From contig RDEW01000032.1 of NCBI GenBank assembly GCA_011109175.1, positions 589,334 through 653,333 of the forward strand: 64,000 nt of DNA, read 5' to 3'. Positions 1 to 13,385 of the stretch are shown here, in pieces. The DNA is from Dicyema japonicum (lineage: Eukaryota; Animalia; Dicyemida). The position numbers and the translations under genes are program-made. Numbering within the stretch: position 1 is the stretch's first letter; every line of letters begins with the position of its first letter. Under the pieces are notes generated by a model. The model was not told the DNA's origin. It saw nothing but the letters and a program-made list of their open reading frames with translations, and did not search any database.

Positions 1-553
1 CAAGAATGAACATAGATAAAAGTTTTTTTTGCAACATCGCTGTAGCTTTTTCCTGTTTTATTTTATGTAATATATAAAGGAACCCTTCGATTTCACACAA
101 ACACCAAGATATTTCAACTGTTCCATGCATTTGATTACTCCAGTATTAATACAAATTTTTGACTTATTTTTGTTATTCACAATCCATGAAACAGTGCATT
201 TTTCAAGAGATAAGGATAAACCTTTATCTCGAGATGACTTTTTTACCTAAAGATGTCGAGGACCTTGGTAAAACGTCCCACTTACCCATAGGACCCCTTA
301 AAATCAATTTTTATAAAATTTAAAAAAATGTCAAACACATTGTAAAATATCTCGTAATGTTTATTGATGAATTTATCCAAAACCTGAAAAAATTAATTGG
401 AGGCCATTTTGAAAGAATCCCTTTTGAATGGGAACCTTTCTTTCTCTCGAACGTAAAAAAACATACCTCAGAATAATAAACCAAAAGTCAGAATTAAACT
501 ATTTAAAATTGATTGGCTGTATTAATTTATTCTTTTTAGTTTTGAGCCATTCC

Positions 554-877
554 TTAGCTCTCTAACTGCAATCTTTTGGTCACCATCATCAATCTGATCT
601 TACTCCAGCATTTTTGTTCCATGAGCACGATTCCGCCATCCTCAACTTGTTGTAGAGACTTTCGTTGTAGGAAATGAATGACCTCACTAACATCACTCTC
701 TTGAGAGTTCATCCCATGTCGGTGCTCCATTAACATGCTTTCAAGAGTTGTCTTTGACACAATAGATTGAATATATGCCCTCAGAATTATATCCACATCA
801 AAATCATCTATATATGACTTGTAGAACTTACTTGCAATTCCCTCCCAAGTCTTCTTTGAACCTTCAGGGCTGAGCAC
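554..877 (-). mobile_element. 3' coding end of R4/Dong-like (REL-endonuclease) non-LTR retrotransposon
   Basis: TWEGIASKFYKSY...RAYIQSIVSKTTLESMLMEHRHG matches the C-termini at 54190-54468 and ~56930-57110 of the longer copy in this window. Confidence 0.75.
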
Positions 878-895
878 TCTTAGTCACCCCTGAAA

Positions 896-1200
896 ATGAT
901 CCATGACTGGATTTCCGCAAATGTCATCAGAAGCTTTGGTACCAACAAGCTTCTGGGACGTCTTCCCCCGAATATTGACGGAAGCCAGGCTTCTCTACAG
1001 TGGGAAATTCTTGTCCACTTCGCACGCCTCCTATGTGGATACCAAATGGATTTACGTTCCTATCTGAACAAAACTTCTTCCACTTGCCCATGATGCTTTC
1101 TCGACGCCAGAATACGGGCATCTCTTCTCCGGACCTACCTTCGAGTTATGCACAGCATCAAATAATCTGATGGATCTCTTGGAGCGTCCGCTCTTGTCTG
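896..1200 (+). mobile_element. I-group LINE 3' fragment (post-RT, zinc-knuckle region)
   Basis: LLGRLPPNIDGSQASL...HFARLLCGYQMDLRSYLNKTSSTCP*C resembles the fragment at 18088 (PPSLIDQSESS...LARLRCGH...CPFC). Confidence 0.6.
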
Positions 1201-1229
1201 TGAATGTTATTGTCAGCAATCGGTTTCCC

Positions 1230-1720
1230 TCACTCGAAACTGGGGGTAAATTAATTTATTGTTAACAGCTAATTAAGTGTGTACAGTTGACACAGTGGCA
1301 GAAGCAGAAAGTCATTTCAATGTCACGCATACCTATAGAAATGGAAATAAACGTCGAGTTCTTGACCTGTAGTAGCCCTTCTGTAGAATGGAGAAAAAAT
1401 TACTAATCTACCTGAAAACGCATTCCATTTCATATTCGCAAGAAAATGTGTTCAATGATCTAGCTCCTCTCTTATCAATCCTTTTCCATCTCATGATAAA
1501 CACATCGACTTCTTACAACTGTGAGGACTTTTTAGTAGAGTTGAAAAACAAATGAACCTTTCCATGCAATTTCACCATTGGGTGTCATCTGAGACATGCA
1601 GATTACATGTTGCCACTAAAGCAAGAGAAAGTAAGAAAAGGAGGAAACTTTTTACAAATAGCTATTTCTGAGATATGTCCACTAAGCTACTACTTCCAAT
1701 CAACAAAAAAATTACTAGAA
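1230..1720 (+). pseudogene. possible decayed TBC (Rab-GAP, TBC1D23-like) fragment
   Basis: MEKKLLIYLKTHSISYSQ..FNDLAPLL...SYNC loosely resembles the TBC core. A 23-nt GT-AG candidate intron lies at ~1248-1270. Several stops. Confidence 0.25.
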
Positions 1721-4700
1721 AATTAGATTGGTCAAAACGTTAATTTATGAAAATTTAAAATACATTATAAAAGTTTTTTATTATTCAAATTTATTTAAAA
1801 TAAGAAAACAACTAATGTCATTTAGTTAAGAGGCCAGGATTGCGTAAAGCTTCCCCCTGATCACCGTTATTTCAAGTTTCTACTTAACTCAAAGTTCTTT
1901 GAGGGATTTGTATTTTTTCGAAGCGATTAAATTATTAGAATTATGCAAAATATTAGATAATTTTACTCAATTTATTTTTCACATAATAATTAAATAATCC
2001 AAACAAATATATTAAAACTACCTCAAAAACTGAGATTCACCATAAATAATATTGAATATTCACTAACTTCATTCGTAAACATTAAAGTCAAACAAATGTC
2101 CATATAGTTTATAGGAATTTATTGTTTCAGTAATCAAATTATCAACAAGTATTTTTTTTCAACGTAAAATCCTTCATAATGTATGTTAGATTTAATCAGA
2201 AGCATCAATTAAAAGCATTTCTCATTAAACACATTTATAAGTGCAATCATTTCGTCACTCAAATGTGAAATTATAATTTAAAAATCAATACATTTGATTA
2301 AATTTTTTATTATATTTAATATTTTTTAAATTTAATAAATAACACACACGAATTGAAACATTTAAATTTCAAATTAGACAATTTTTAAAAAATATAGAAT
2401 CTCGTGATCCTGTATCCTTATGTTTTTTACGTCGCATAATTCGTGAAGAAAACAAAAAAACACAAAACCCAAGATCTCATTAAAAAATTGTCAAAAATAT
2501 TCAACTGAAATAATATTTGAAAAAATAACAATATAGCTAACAGGAATTATTCAATAATATAATTTGGAGTCTCTGGTGTTTTCAATCTTTGTTTCTCGGA
2601 AAACTTTAATCAACAGTAATAAGAAAGAAAATTGTAATTAAATTACGGTTGACTTTTAAAATCATATTCTCTTTGAAAATTTCAGTTACAATTGTGTTTT
2701 CATTGTTCCATCTTTATCTGTGGATTCTCGTAAAATTACTTTTTCATCACAGAAAAATTAATAGTCAGAAATCAAGAACTCTGCCACTAAAATTTTCAGC
2801 AGACATACAAAGTGAAAAATTAAACTTATCGAATAAATTGAACTAATATTTTTTATTCGATTATAATTTTCAATGTTGTGTGAAAAAAACTAACCACGTA
2901 AACGACGTATTACGGTGAATTTTCTCGGAACAAAAATCTTGACTGCAACGCATTGTAACAGAAAAGAAGTGTCGAACCTTATCTCTGAGGTTATTTGAAT
3001 TTTCAAATTGTGAACGCGATTTAAGCAGTTCGCTATTTTTGTAAAAATTCTTTTACCGATTATACGAGAATTTAAATTTTTAGCTCAAAGTCACTCTTTC
3101 AAAGTATCCGGTTGAATGTCATTTTTGTATCTCTATGGACATGAGCCCCCTCCCCCTTAACAGGTAACACGTGGAGCCGCGCTCATTTTTATTGAATAAA
3201 TGTAACTCGAGTTATCCATGGAATAATTATAGGTAAGGAAATATACGAATATAACTAAAAAATATAAAAAAAATATTTCACATCAAAATTGAAAGCATGC
3301 CGATATCTGAAATTCTCTGACTGTTTTATACTTCTGTTTAATTTCTATCCGATTTTTCGAGAATAAAAATTTATTGAAAGATAAAGCATAGAATTTTAAA
3401 ACAATTTCAGGAAAAATAGAAACAACAAAGCTTAAATAATATTTCATGTTGTAATCAAAAATATCGTAACATGATCTATTCATTTTTATTTAAAGAATAT
3501 TGTGCCAAACTTTATTTGCTGAAAACTTTATAGTAGAATATGAAATACGTAATTAGAATAAAGTCAATTACATAAAATAATGGATCCGTATTTTTTCTAT
3601 CACATTTGCAGTTTTGTAGTTCGATGTTAATGTTAATTTTTTAAATGCACTAATTGATTCAAATTAATCGAAATACAAATTCGAATTTGAACTTCATAAA
3701 TTAACTTTGTCTGGTTTTCTTCACATAGCAGTTTCCGCACTTAATTACACTGTCTCCTTTCAGTATATATAGGTTTACATTGTGTTTCGCTCAGGCACTT
3801 TTTTCTGTGACCCACTGTTCCGTCTTTTTCTAAAATTAACACTAACTAGGTTTAACAGATGTTTCTCTAGTGAAATATTCTCCAATGTTATTTTGTACAT
3901 AAATCGATGTCGGAGATTATAAAATAATGAAGATGGATAATTCTTAATGAAATTTATACTGCACGTGTTAATAAGTATGAATGATCTCTCCAATATTAAG
4001 ATATTCCATTGAGTCAATATAACGGAACAGCTTTCAATCTCGTGTTAAAAAAATACAGCAGATTGCCTCGTAAACTAATAGCCAACGTATTATAATGAAA
4101 GTTGTACTTGAATTAATCACAACAACTAACTCGGTAATATTAAGCTAGGGATGTTTTACTTTGACTTTAGTCTTAAATATAAAAAACCCTGTTTTTCTCC
4201 AAAGTAGACTTTGCAAACTTGTTCCCTCATCCTCCTGATCGAACTGTAATTTGTGATCCAATAGTTTTTTCAATTATTGAAGAAGACATTAAGTGTACCA
4301 AAGTAACCAACGGTGCAACAGGGTAAAATTTACAGTTAACCTTCTGACCTATCAACTGCCATCTTAATTTTCCTAATAAAACAAAAATATAAGTTTCATT
4401 TACTAAACTGTGCTGATTTGTACTAAAATTATGCTTGTTTTAAGGAAGCACACTAGATTTCAGAAATGCCACTAGCTTAGACAACTCTTAGTTGTTTGAC
4501 TATCTTGAATGAAAATATGGTTTATTAGTAAATATATCTTAAAAATTATGTTATTCTTACACGTGTTTGGTCTAGATCAGAGGTGTTAAACTCATTTCGC
4601 TTCGACAGTATTCTGCTAATTTCATAGCTTGTAGTAACTGATGCAGTACCTCGATTATGATTTTTGTGAATGATTCTCTAACGCAGTTAAATTTTTTAGA

Positions 4701-4759
4701 AATTCATTAAGCTTTAAGCACGCATGGATCTTCTTATATAATAAGCAACTTAATACCTT

Positions 4760-4960
4760 CGAAATGATTGCATGTTCAGGACGTGTGTGTGGCTGATTCC
4801 TCGTAAGCCAACATTTCAGGTTATCCAGTGAATCTTGTAAGCATGCACCCTTTGTGGATGCACTGGTCTCTTATTCACAAAATTAACTCTTCGCCGTAAG
4901 CAAGGAATAGGGTATCGTCGCAACTGTAGGAAGGCATGTCGCTCATAAATAGGTTAAAGA
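4760..4960 (-). mobile_element. degenerate LINE RT fragment
   Basis: NLFMSDMPSYSCDDTL resembles the 'NLFxxDLP...YADD' RT core. Confidence 0.4.
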
Positions 4961-5084
4961 TAATCATGCGACATAAACGCTTTAACAAATTTATTTTAAA
5001 TTTCAATAATTTATTTTTATTTTAAATTTCAATAATTTTTTGTTACTTAAAAATATCGAAAAATCGCCTAACTACTAGCAGCGA

Positions 5085-5600
5085 AAAGTCCGTCACAGCC
5101 CTATTTTCTTCAGACAAGAGACTGGGAAGACGGACGGTCGAACTGAAGGCAAACAATGAAGCTATTCCTATCAGAAAATCCTAAAGGATCATTGGGGTGA
5201 CTTTTGACATGCATATGTCATCCTCTCCCCATGTTGAAAACGTAATTACGAAATGCTAAAAGAAAACTAATGTTCTGAAATGGAAGATCGGAAAGCATTT
5301 TGTTTGAGCAGTGTAAATAAACTATTCATTAAACCATACATCTCTTATGCATGTGGTATTTGGGGTCCACTCATCTCTTGGACAATGTCTTGAAGATCCT
5401 CGAAAATCACGGAACGCTGGATTCCTGGAGAACTCCAACCACCAATGCCTCTTTAAGTCTTGATAGGAATGAACCACGGAACGCGCCATCATGACTGCGA
5501 AGGTTTAGTCACTCGACCGATACGTGCTTGTATGGGAACGAGGGAGGTGCATCGGGCCAAGATGAGGTCCCTGCTAGAGCATGCTGGGATCAGGTGAATA
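5085..5600 (+). mobile_element. I-group LINE RT-thumb and 3' end fragment
   Basis: IIGVTFDMHMSSSPHVENVITKC*KK...LFIKPYISYACGIW; ends AKMRSLLEHAGIR*, like other copies of the family. Confidence 0.7.
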
Positions 5601-5779
5601 ATTAATTTGTGTAACCGTGGTCTCTGGTGTTATTATTATCGAAGAATACGTTCTAACAATTTTGATTCACAATTTTATTAATATTGAGAAAATTTTTTTA
5701 GAACATTTTAAAAATGTTAGTCTAAAGTTTTTTTTTTATCAAAAAGAAATTTTATTATCAAATGAATAAAAATTAAATT

Positions 5780-7890
5780 AAGGCATCTGAATGGCCATGC
5801 TATTTCCCCTAACAATAGCCAACGAGATACGTTCTCGGAACCAACCAGTCTCTTGCGGATCCTTGGTCACAGCTTTAATCATGGAGCCGATCTTACGAAC
5901 CAACTCATCTGCTTGGGGGCCAAGGATTCCTGACGTTTCCACCGCGAATGGAACAAAAAGATACTCTCCGAAATTCTCTGATACTTCCTCCTCTTTCGTT
6001 CCTCGGCCTGCTTTGAAGAATGTCCTGGGTCTGAAGCAGAAACAACCAAATTAGACGGGGAATAAGTATCAACACACGTCGCGTCCCAGATCAGGTTTCG
6101 TCCGTTGGCGAATGGAAAAGTCGTCATCCCATCAGGGCGTTTTCCATCGTTTCGGGAAAGACCAGCAGGTTCTAACAAGCAATGGTGTCCAGTAGAGGCA
6201 AGGGAATTCTTTAATGTCATGTTAAGACAGGAGTGCCTGGGGAAACGACCCGCACTCATCTTGCATGACAAGGGATGATAACCAAAAGGATCGATCCAAC
6301 GTCCACAGCAGCATTTTCTTTCGGCACACAATTTAAGACCAAGACAAAGCGAGGTAGCTATTCTCACAGCCTCATCATCCAACAGGTTTCCAATTTCGGC
6401 AGATGGATAAGCGTTCATCCAGGCCCCCGTCGAGTGACAACTGGCTGTTTTGAGACAGGCAAGCCTTTTTACATCTTTTGTCTTTTCAAGGGACTCTTTC
6501 TACTTTTCGAAGACACAAAAACAAATAGGACTTTTGCTTATCACAATTGGCCGGAGCATTCAGGTACAAATTCATCCATTCATCCCAGGCTCCCGACGGC
6601 GTCAGCGGTACGTTTAGTCTGGAATTAGAGTGAAGGACCGTATCCACTAAACGCCTTGACGAGCCGAACGAAGATAAATAGGCGCCCAAAGCAACGTCCG
6701 AAGGAAGAGAAAGACCCAAACCACCGCAGGCTACAAGGAGTGAGGCCTGTAACCATCCGAAATCATCAAAACAAACATTAAGAATGGACCCTATCGTTGA
6801 CCGGATATTTATATCAATTAACGATAGAAGGTCTTTTTCGGCGTAGCATGGGGATCCCCGTAGAATAAAAAAAAGTTTTGGGAGAAGGAGACAATTCTTC
6901 AGCATATAAAAAGCAACATGACGGTCCAAAAAACTGATCCTGTCGGCATACAGACGTAAATTAGTCCTCTTGCCTTCCAAGAACTCACCTCACCCGGTTT
7001 ACCAAAATCCCACACCCTAGGAAGTCGAGAGAATCAATAAGAGTCTCCCTAACCCCTGGGATGATATCGCATAGTTTTCTATGAAAAAGGTAGAATGAAT
7101 CGGAACTCAAATTCAGATTAATTGCTTCGCACTTTTCATTGTTAAATTCCAGACCGATTTTTCCACACAAACTTCTGATCGATGCAACTTTGGAAAGAAT
7201 ATCATCGGGACTTCCACCGAGAATACAATCGTCCAGATACCAGACGTTTAGTGGAGTGCAACGGTCCTGGGCAATATGGTCGATAGACAAGGAAAATAGA
7301 AGAGGACCGAGTGGGTCCCCCTGTTGAACTCCGGATCCGGACGAAATAATTCCACTGCCAAAAACAAGAGGGGATGGATCCGAATACGCGAGATATACAA
7401 AGGGATAAATCTTAGGAATCCTCCTCCTACAGGTATCAAGAACGGTGTCCCTTCTGACTGAATTGAAGGCATTCCGGAGCTCCAATTTGAATAAAACTCT
7501 GTCCTCAACATTCAATTCAGCTGATTGTGATGCAAATTCTCTCACTGTGTGGATCCCAGCTTCACAGCCGCCATTGATTCCGACACCAAGCTGCGAAGGA
7601 CAAAATTCGGCTGAAATTCGGGAGATAACAAAGCGACAAGCCATTTTTGCGGATAAACGTCGAAATACGTTTCCAATTGCAATGGGGCGAATACCACCAT
7701 CTTTCTTTCCAAGGCCCGTTAGATTCGCCGAAAAGAGGAGATTCCGACCAAAATCGGAAACGTTTCCGGAAAGCATGCGAGCTACGAGATCCCGGATTCG
7801 CTCCAAGAGTAGCGATCCAGGCCTGCCGACAGAATAGGACACCAAGTCTGACAGATGGTCTAAAGTGAATTGAAAAGTCATTTTTACCAT
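5780..7890 (-). mobile_element. CRE-clade non-LTR retrotransposon (RT + REL endonuclease), 5'-truncated, frameshifted
   Basis: KKDGGIRPIAIGNVFRRL, GVQQGDPLGPLLF, WYLDD; WLQASLLVACGGLG; CxC/HxxxC then RHSCLN, KRPDG, LIWDATCVDT. Confidence 0.92.
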
Positions 7891-7989
7891 TTTGGTTTTA
7901 AATAATTTGTTTTAGTTGTCATAAATTCCATTTTTTAATTTTAATTAATTATTTCTGCTCTCTTTTTTTCCCAGTGTGGCTAACTCGCA

Positions 7990-8200
7990 CATATTGATGG
8001 GATCTTCCGTTCAACAGCGGAGCGTATCTTTACCGTTTGGTTCAAGGATTACAATTAGACTCAGGCTACACTGCTGGTAAGACTCGGAGGGCTTGGAACT
8101 CGTAAGCATGTAGACATTTCTTTCCTTGCATATCTCTCGTCGCTAATGACCTATAACACCGTTATCAAGGGGATTCTACACTCTCTCCCTGAATTCTCGT
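7990..8200 (+). mobile_element. CRE fragment, inverted relative to the adjacent copy
   Basis: QATLLVRLGGLGTRKHVDISFLAYLSSL matches WLQASLLVACGGLGLSLPSDVALGAYLSS. Confidence 0.7.
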
Positions 8201-8889
8201 GAGCCATATAGCCCTCATTTGCACCCCAAGATAATTTTTTAATCGTCTCTACTAGATTGTTAGCCAGTGATACAATTGAGTCATGGTCGTCTGTGTTTTT
8301 AAATTCCCTTTATTGTTCAAGTGATTATTCAGTACATCTGGCAGAGTTAATTTTGCCTTCCACGACAGCAGTCCCAAAAATCGACTTATCTAGTGATCCC
8401 CAGACTATCTGGAACGAACGCGAAGAACTTGATCCACTATCGACTATAAAGAATTACTCCTCCAAAATTCGGTGATTACAACGCTTTTTTAGAAAATCAG
8501 TGTATATGTCCAATTGCCCCTTTGTTATCGTAAAAAGTTTCCAGAATTAGTTTCATAAGCATTATTTTTCATCAACTTTGAAATTCCTTCAACCCTATGA
8601 CTTTGAAACGGGATATTCTCACTTGTAAGGAGAAAAACAAGATCGATAATTCGTTCAAAAATAAGTCGCCATTTTTTTTCTCACTCAAAATATGCTCTTT
8701 GAGTTTGTAATCAATCGTGCATGATTTTTAATTTTTTTGCAAAATCCAAATACTGTGATCAGGACTTCTTTCATGTTCATAAATGCTAAGATTCAAATTT
8801 CTCCAGCAGCTAAATCTAGCTTCGATACAAAAACTTGATTTTCATAATAAAAACTCAAAAACACCATTAGTTAATCTCTTGAAATTAAA

Positions 8890-9520
8890 TAGGTGATCCC
8901 GACAATTCTGATGAGCTTTCTCAGCTTCTCCCGGCAGTAGGCATATTCGATTGCCGCCCATTGCAGTGCGGGTCGCTTTCGAGTAAGTCGGCATATTTTT
9001 TCCACGGGCGGGGAACAGTGTTCGTCAGAAGGCCAACTGGGGTGATGTGCTTCTGGAAACTGCTTGACACAAGACGGTCTGTCGACGACAGGTCTCCTGG
9101 AGGGTTAAGGTTAAGAAACTCTTGCCGTTTTGCTTGATAAGGTAGTCAAAGGGACTGGGTAAAATATTGTTAAGCTTTGCGATGTGCATTATGGTAGCTG
9201 CAGCTCGACATAGGGTGTTATCAACTTTAAGACGGTTGGTATAAGAATATTAATTCTCCATGCTGCACTGGCATAACTGATATTCTGCTCGATGAATTGC
9301 TTGTAGAGAATACCGACAGCAGAGAATGTCTTTTTTATTCCACCAAATATGGTTTTGATTAAACCAATTTTCTTCTGACAAGTTCCAATGGTATACTCAA
9401 TATGGGCAGAAAAACACATGTGGGTATCAAAAGTGACCCCCAGAATTTTAGAGTTCTTGGGAAGGAAATTTCTTAGTCAACCGATTTTATTTTGCGTGGA
9501 ACAGTGAGAGGCTTAGTGGG
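8890..9520 (-). mobile_element. I-group LINE RT-thumb to 3' end
   Basis: KILGVTFDTHMCFSAHIE...LYKQFIEQNISYASAAW; ends EKLRKLIRIVGIT. Confidence 0.75.
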
Positions 9521-9599
9521 TGTCCATCTTCCACGCAAATGCGTAGAAATCCGGATCCACATCTCCGAGTTGTAGATTCTGTCAGCAGGTGAGGTATCT

Positions 9600-10200
9600 T
9601 TGTTTCACACTATGGTCCCAGCATACGTGTTGCTTTCCTTTGCAGTAAGTTTAGTTTTTGGCTAATGGCCTCTGATAGCGCGAATCTCCACGCAGCAGAG
9701 GCAAATATTCCACAGCCTGGCGGTATATGGTTCCGATTGCTTTATTCATATTCGGTGAGGTCTTCTGGATGAGGGCCCGTATGACATTCAATTTCTGTAG
9801 TTTTTTGATGAAGACTTGTTTGGCATGGTAGGTAAAAATAAGCAGCCTCTCGTATGTCACTCCCAGGATTGAGGGTTTTATTGTATAGGTATCCAAGTAT
9901 GTCCGATGATGATTTCTGGTTCTCTTGGACCGCCGGTCGGAGTAAATAGAGTTCATGATGATTTTGGAGCCGATACAGAGAGACGGTTAGCTATCAACCA
10001 ATCGTGGATACAATCCACTTTCTTCTGTGCGAGTGAGACTGTTTCTGATGTCGAACTGTTCTTGTTGCAATGATGATATCGTCAGCATAAGAAAGCAGTA
10101 GGATGTCCTTGTCAATGTCTGCTGGCAAGTCGTGGAGGGAAAGGTTGAATAAGAGTGGGAGACAAAGACGAAATATATACACCGAAAGTGCCAGATATTG
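9600..10200 (-). mobile_element. LINE RT fragment (second copy)
   Basis: LPLLFNLSLHDLP...LLSYADDIII; PSILGVTYERLLIF. Confidence 0.75.
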
Positions 10201-10289
10201 TCAATGAGATAGTGAAAGTCATATTCCTGCACATAAAAGCAGAAACTACCTTCTATAGCATGAACCAATTTGATTCCCCTTATACGTTA

Positions 10290-11490
10290 CTTCCTCAACT
10301 TTTAACTTCTTAGAATGGTCGAATTTCAGGAATCAGAGGCATTTGAGAGGATAAAGTCCTTAGAACCTCTAAATCTCCCGCAATTGGAGCAACAAAATAG
10401 ATTTTTGACTAAGCAAGTCGGTTGTTTGATTCTTGGCATAAAGTTACCATCAACCCTGGTAAATTCCGCTATCCCCGGATTGAACAAGGACTCTCATGAA
10501 CCGGTAACAAATTTGATATTCTTAGTCGAAGACCTTTAGCATTTCAACATCCTTTTCCCGCATTATCAGACGCCTCTCTATCCACCAAATTAGTGATTTC
10601 TCTCCTAAGCTCGTATTCCTAGAATCCCAGTAACCTCATGTCATACAGAAACTGTCTTTTTCAAAGTCAACAAGGCACCCAATCGTTTGCTATTTGACAA
10701 ATATTGCAGATTAATGGAAGAAAATATATTATTGAGTTCACGTGCTCTGATTGTGTCGGCTTAATCCACGTGGCATACTCCACCATTACTGATATCCCAC
10801 TTCATTGGTCAGAGTTATATAGAATTACACTTTACTTTGTTAAACAACTTTTTTCTGGTTGCTGACTTTCTTTTCCTGCATTACAGCCCCCCGTCGGCGA
10901 TCAATTGACTGATTAAAGTCACGTGCTATAGGTTTAGCACATAAAACTGAGCCTTCTTGTTTGCAATGTATTCACTTTCTTCGTTTATCAATTTCCATTC
11001 TAATTTCCATTCTGATTGGAGATTAGGCAGAAAAATAACTTTCTAAGAAATTGTACACAAATCGAAGTCTTTGGGTTCATTCTTCGTTTGTAGTCTCGTC
11101 GGATCTTTTCTTGTTTCTCAAAAATAGCTTCAGTTCTCGTTCTCTCTCCCATTTTAGTCGTTCAGCTTTCTTCCTCCTCAATTCCTTGACATATCCAATG
11201 CTATTCCATCGACGTACATATTTTTGAATGGTGACAATCTCAGCGTCAATTTAACTACCAACCGCCTGGATCTTGTTTTTGGACGACACTAATTTGTCTC
11301 GTTTTGCTTACTTATTTTGTATTTCCACAGTCTGAGTGTTTTTCTCATGTCGATCCACCGAATGTAAAGGAATTCGCTTTGAGGTCGGTTTGAACCCCAT
11401 GATTTTGTTATTTCATCCCCTTCATTTTATTTACAAAGCAATTCCAGTGGATTTTCCGTTTTATTGATTTTAATTGCCACTGAATTTTTA
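10290..11490 (-). pseudogene. IQUB: IQ motif and ubiquitin-like domain protein (radial spoke) pseudogene with micro-introns
   Basis: Colinear segments NHGVQT, NTQTV, AIVTIQKYVRRW..LRRKK..RLKWE, EKQEKIRRDYKRRMNPKT, TIRARELNNIF...RLGALLTLKKTV, LVDREA, GLRLRISNL, LFNPGIA, CCSNC follow IQUB order. Several in-frame stops and frameshifts. Confidence 0.85.
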
Positions 11491-12037
11491 TTGCCTATGA
11501 TAATCTCCTTAAACTGTACTTTCTCCCTTTGAAGTCATATCTGAGTCATTTCCCTTAGACATTCAAAAATTTTTTTGTAGTTGTTAACTTTTTTATCATT
11601 AGAGGTTAATATAATAAAAGTATAATAAGTGGTTCCCCTAATGTGGAAGCACCTAGTGTCATTGTGCATAAAAAGATGAAGTCTTTTCATTGTATCAGTC
11701 ATAAAAAATTCCCTTTCTCTAGTGATCTCTGACTCTTTGGTGAAAAGAACAGAACCACTGACTTTATTCGTTAAAAAATGGGAAAACTTTTGTGTAGGTT
11801 CATGGCTTTCCTTTCTGGAAATCTATTGTTCTATCACTCTATGCTATATTCTAGTGGATGTGACCTTAAAGAATTGATCCATTATTCACTATTATAATGC
11901 CATTTTGATAAATACATAAATTAATAAAATTTTATGAAAAAATGAACTTAATAATAAATTTATTAATAAAATTTAAAAAAAATATATATTACTTTGTTGT
12001 TTTATTTAAGTGCTTCAAAGTTAGAATCGTCATTTAA

Positions 12038-12456
12038 ATGGAAGAAACTGGTAACGATATAGAATACGAAGTTGAGGATATCATTGATAGAATTCAACAT
12101 GGTGAAGTTTTGTACTATCTCATCCAATGGAAGGGCTATTCCACGTGATTGATAATAATTACCATTATAGAAACACGTGGGAACCAGAAGGTAATCTTTC
12201 ATGTGATGAATTAATTGCTGAATTCAATAAACGTAAAAAAATTGAATCTTTGATTGATTCTGGCCGTAAAATCGAAGTTGTGCTTGGAATGACAAAAACA
12301 AAGGACAATAAACTTTGGTTTGCTGTAAAATGGTTGATCTGGTTTTTAATTCTCAGGGAAGGCTCTGATGAAGTTGATTTCGTGCTTGCCTCTCAAGTCT
12401 CTATGGATTATCCTGATCTTGTAATTAAATTTTATGAATCTAAACTTGCTTTTTAA
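12038..12456 (+). CDS. HP1: HP1/chromobox protein (chromo + chromoshadow), 122 aa, introns 12145-12170 and 12333-12356
   Basis: Removing 26-nt and 24-nt GT-AG introns gives an open frame: EYEVEDIID...YLIQWKGYSTNTWEPEGNL...IEVVLG...LWFAVKWEGSDEVDFV...YPDLVIKFYESKL. Confidence 0.92.
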
Positions 12457-12482
12457 AATTTTTTATAGATTACTGTCTATCT

Positions 12483-13385
12483 CAGAGGTTGTCAAACGGT
12501 GTGCCGCCTGCCAAATACAAATTTGAATAAATTTATATACATTTTTGACCTAATTAATTTAAAAAGATAAACGAATTAAAATAATTACTAAATTTAAAAT
12601 AATCATTTTTTATTATACATTAAATGACATTTACATTGGTTAACCATTATTTATTAATTTTTAATAACGTGCGCATCAACGTGCTTATGGGTAAATCAGT
12701 TCGTCGTTCTTATAAAGATTCTTATTTGTCATTTGGATTTATATGCAAAATAAAAATAAACTACCTCAATGTCTAATTGCATGGATTTTTTGGCAAGTGA
12801 TGCTATGGTTCCTAGCAAACTAAAGAGACATTTTACTTCCAAGCATCCGGACTATTCCGAAAATCTGTGGATTATTTTATCCATTTGAAAAAAAACTTAA
12901 GTATTTTTGGTTTTACTATGAATCGTAGATCTAGTCAAATGATGTTCAGTGAACTTTTTTAAACACAAAGGAATCATTGAAATGTTCATACCTGATCTCA
13001 GAAGTGATAGCAAACAACTAAAACCTCACAATATTGGCAAAAACTTGATAATCCCTGCTTGTCGTATTATTGCTCGGACTATGTTTGGTCATAAATATGA
13101 ACAAAAAATAATAAAGATACCTTTGTCAGATAACACTGTTTCTCGTCGGATTTGTGCTGAAATGCGAGTGCCTTTGTTAACCATTCGACCTGATATTAAT
13201 GATATATGCAAAACAATAATAATTAAGAATTCATTTTTTTATTAATAAAAATTTGGCATTAAATTACCAATTTTTGTACTTAGTTTTACACATCTTAAAA
13301 AATTATTTTTTTATTTTTAAATGTGTGCCGTGGATTATTTTTTTACTATTAGTGTGCCGCGAGAATTATTTTTTGAAAACCTCTG
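12483..13385 (+). mobile_element. internally deleted Buster-type hAT transposon
   Basis: TIRs CAGAGGTT(G/T)TCAAA; 8-bp TSD GTCTATCT (12475-12482, 13386-13393) with central TA; ZBED5/8-like relics VPSKLKRHFTSKHP, KPHNIG..LIIPA, IPLSDNTVSRRI. Confidence 0.93.

Noticed and set aside
927-1121. DIRS tyrosine-recombinase fragment (GKWKKFCS) on the minus strand
   Set aside because: The plus strand gives a better match to the I-group LINE 3' region.
3283-4600. Possible intron-rich gene and a lone hAT-like TIR (CAGAGGTGTTAAAC, ~4579)
   Set aside because: No recognisable protein, and no partner TIR or TSD.
7139-7868. Overlapping plus-strand ORFs in the track, and similar antisense ORFs elsewhere
   Set aside because: Shadow ORFs opposite relatively GC-rich retrotransposon coding sequence.
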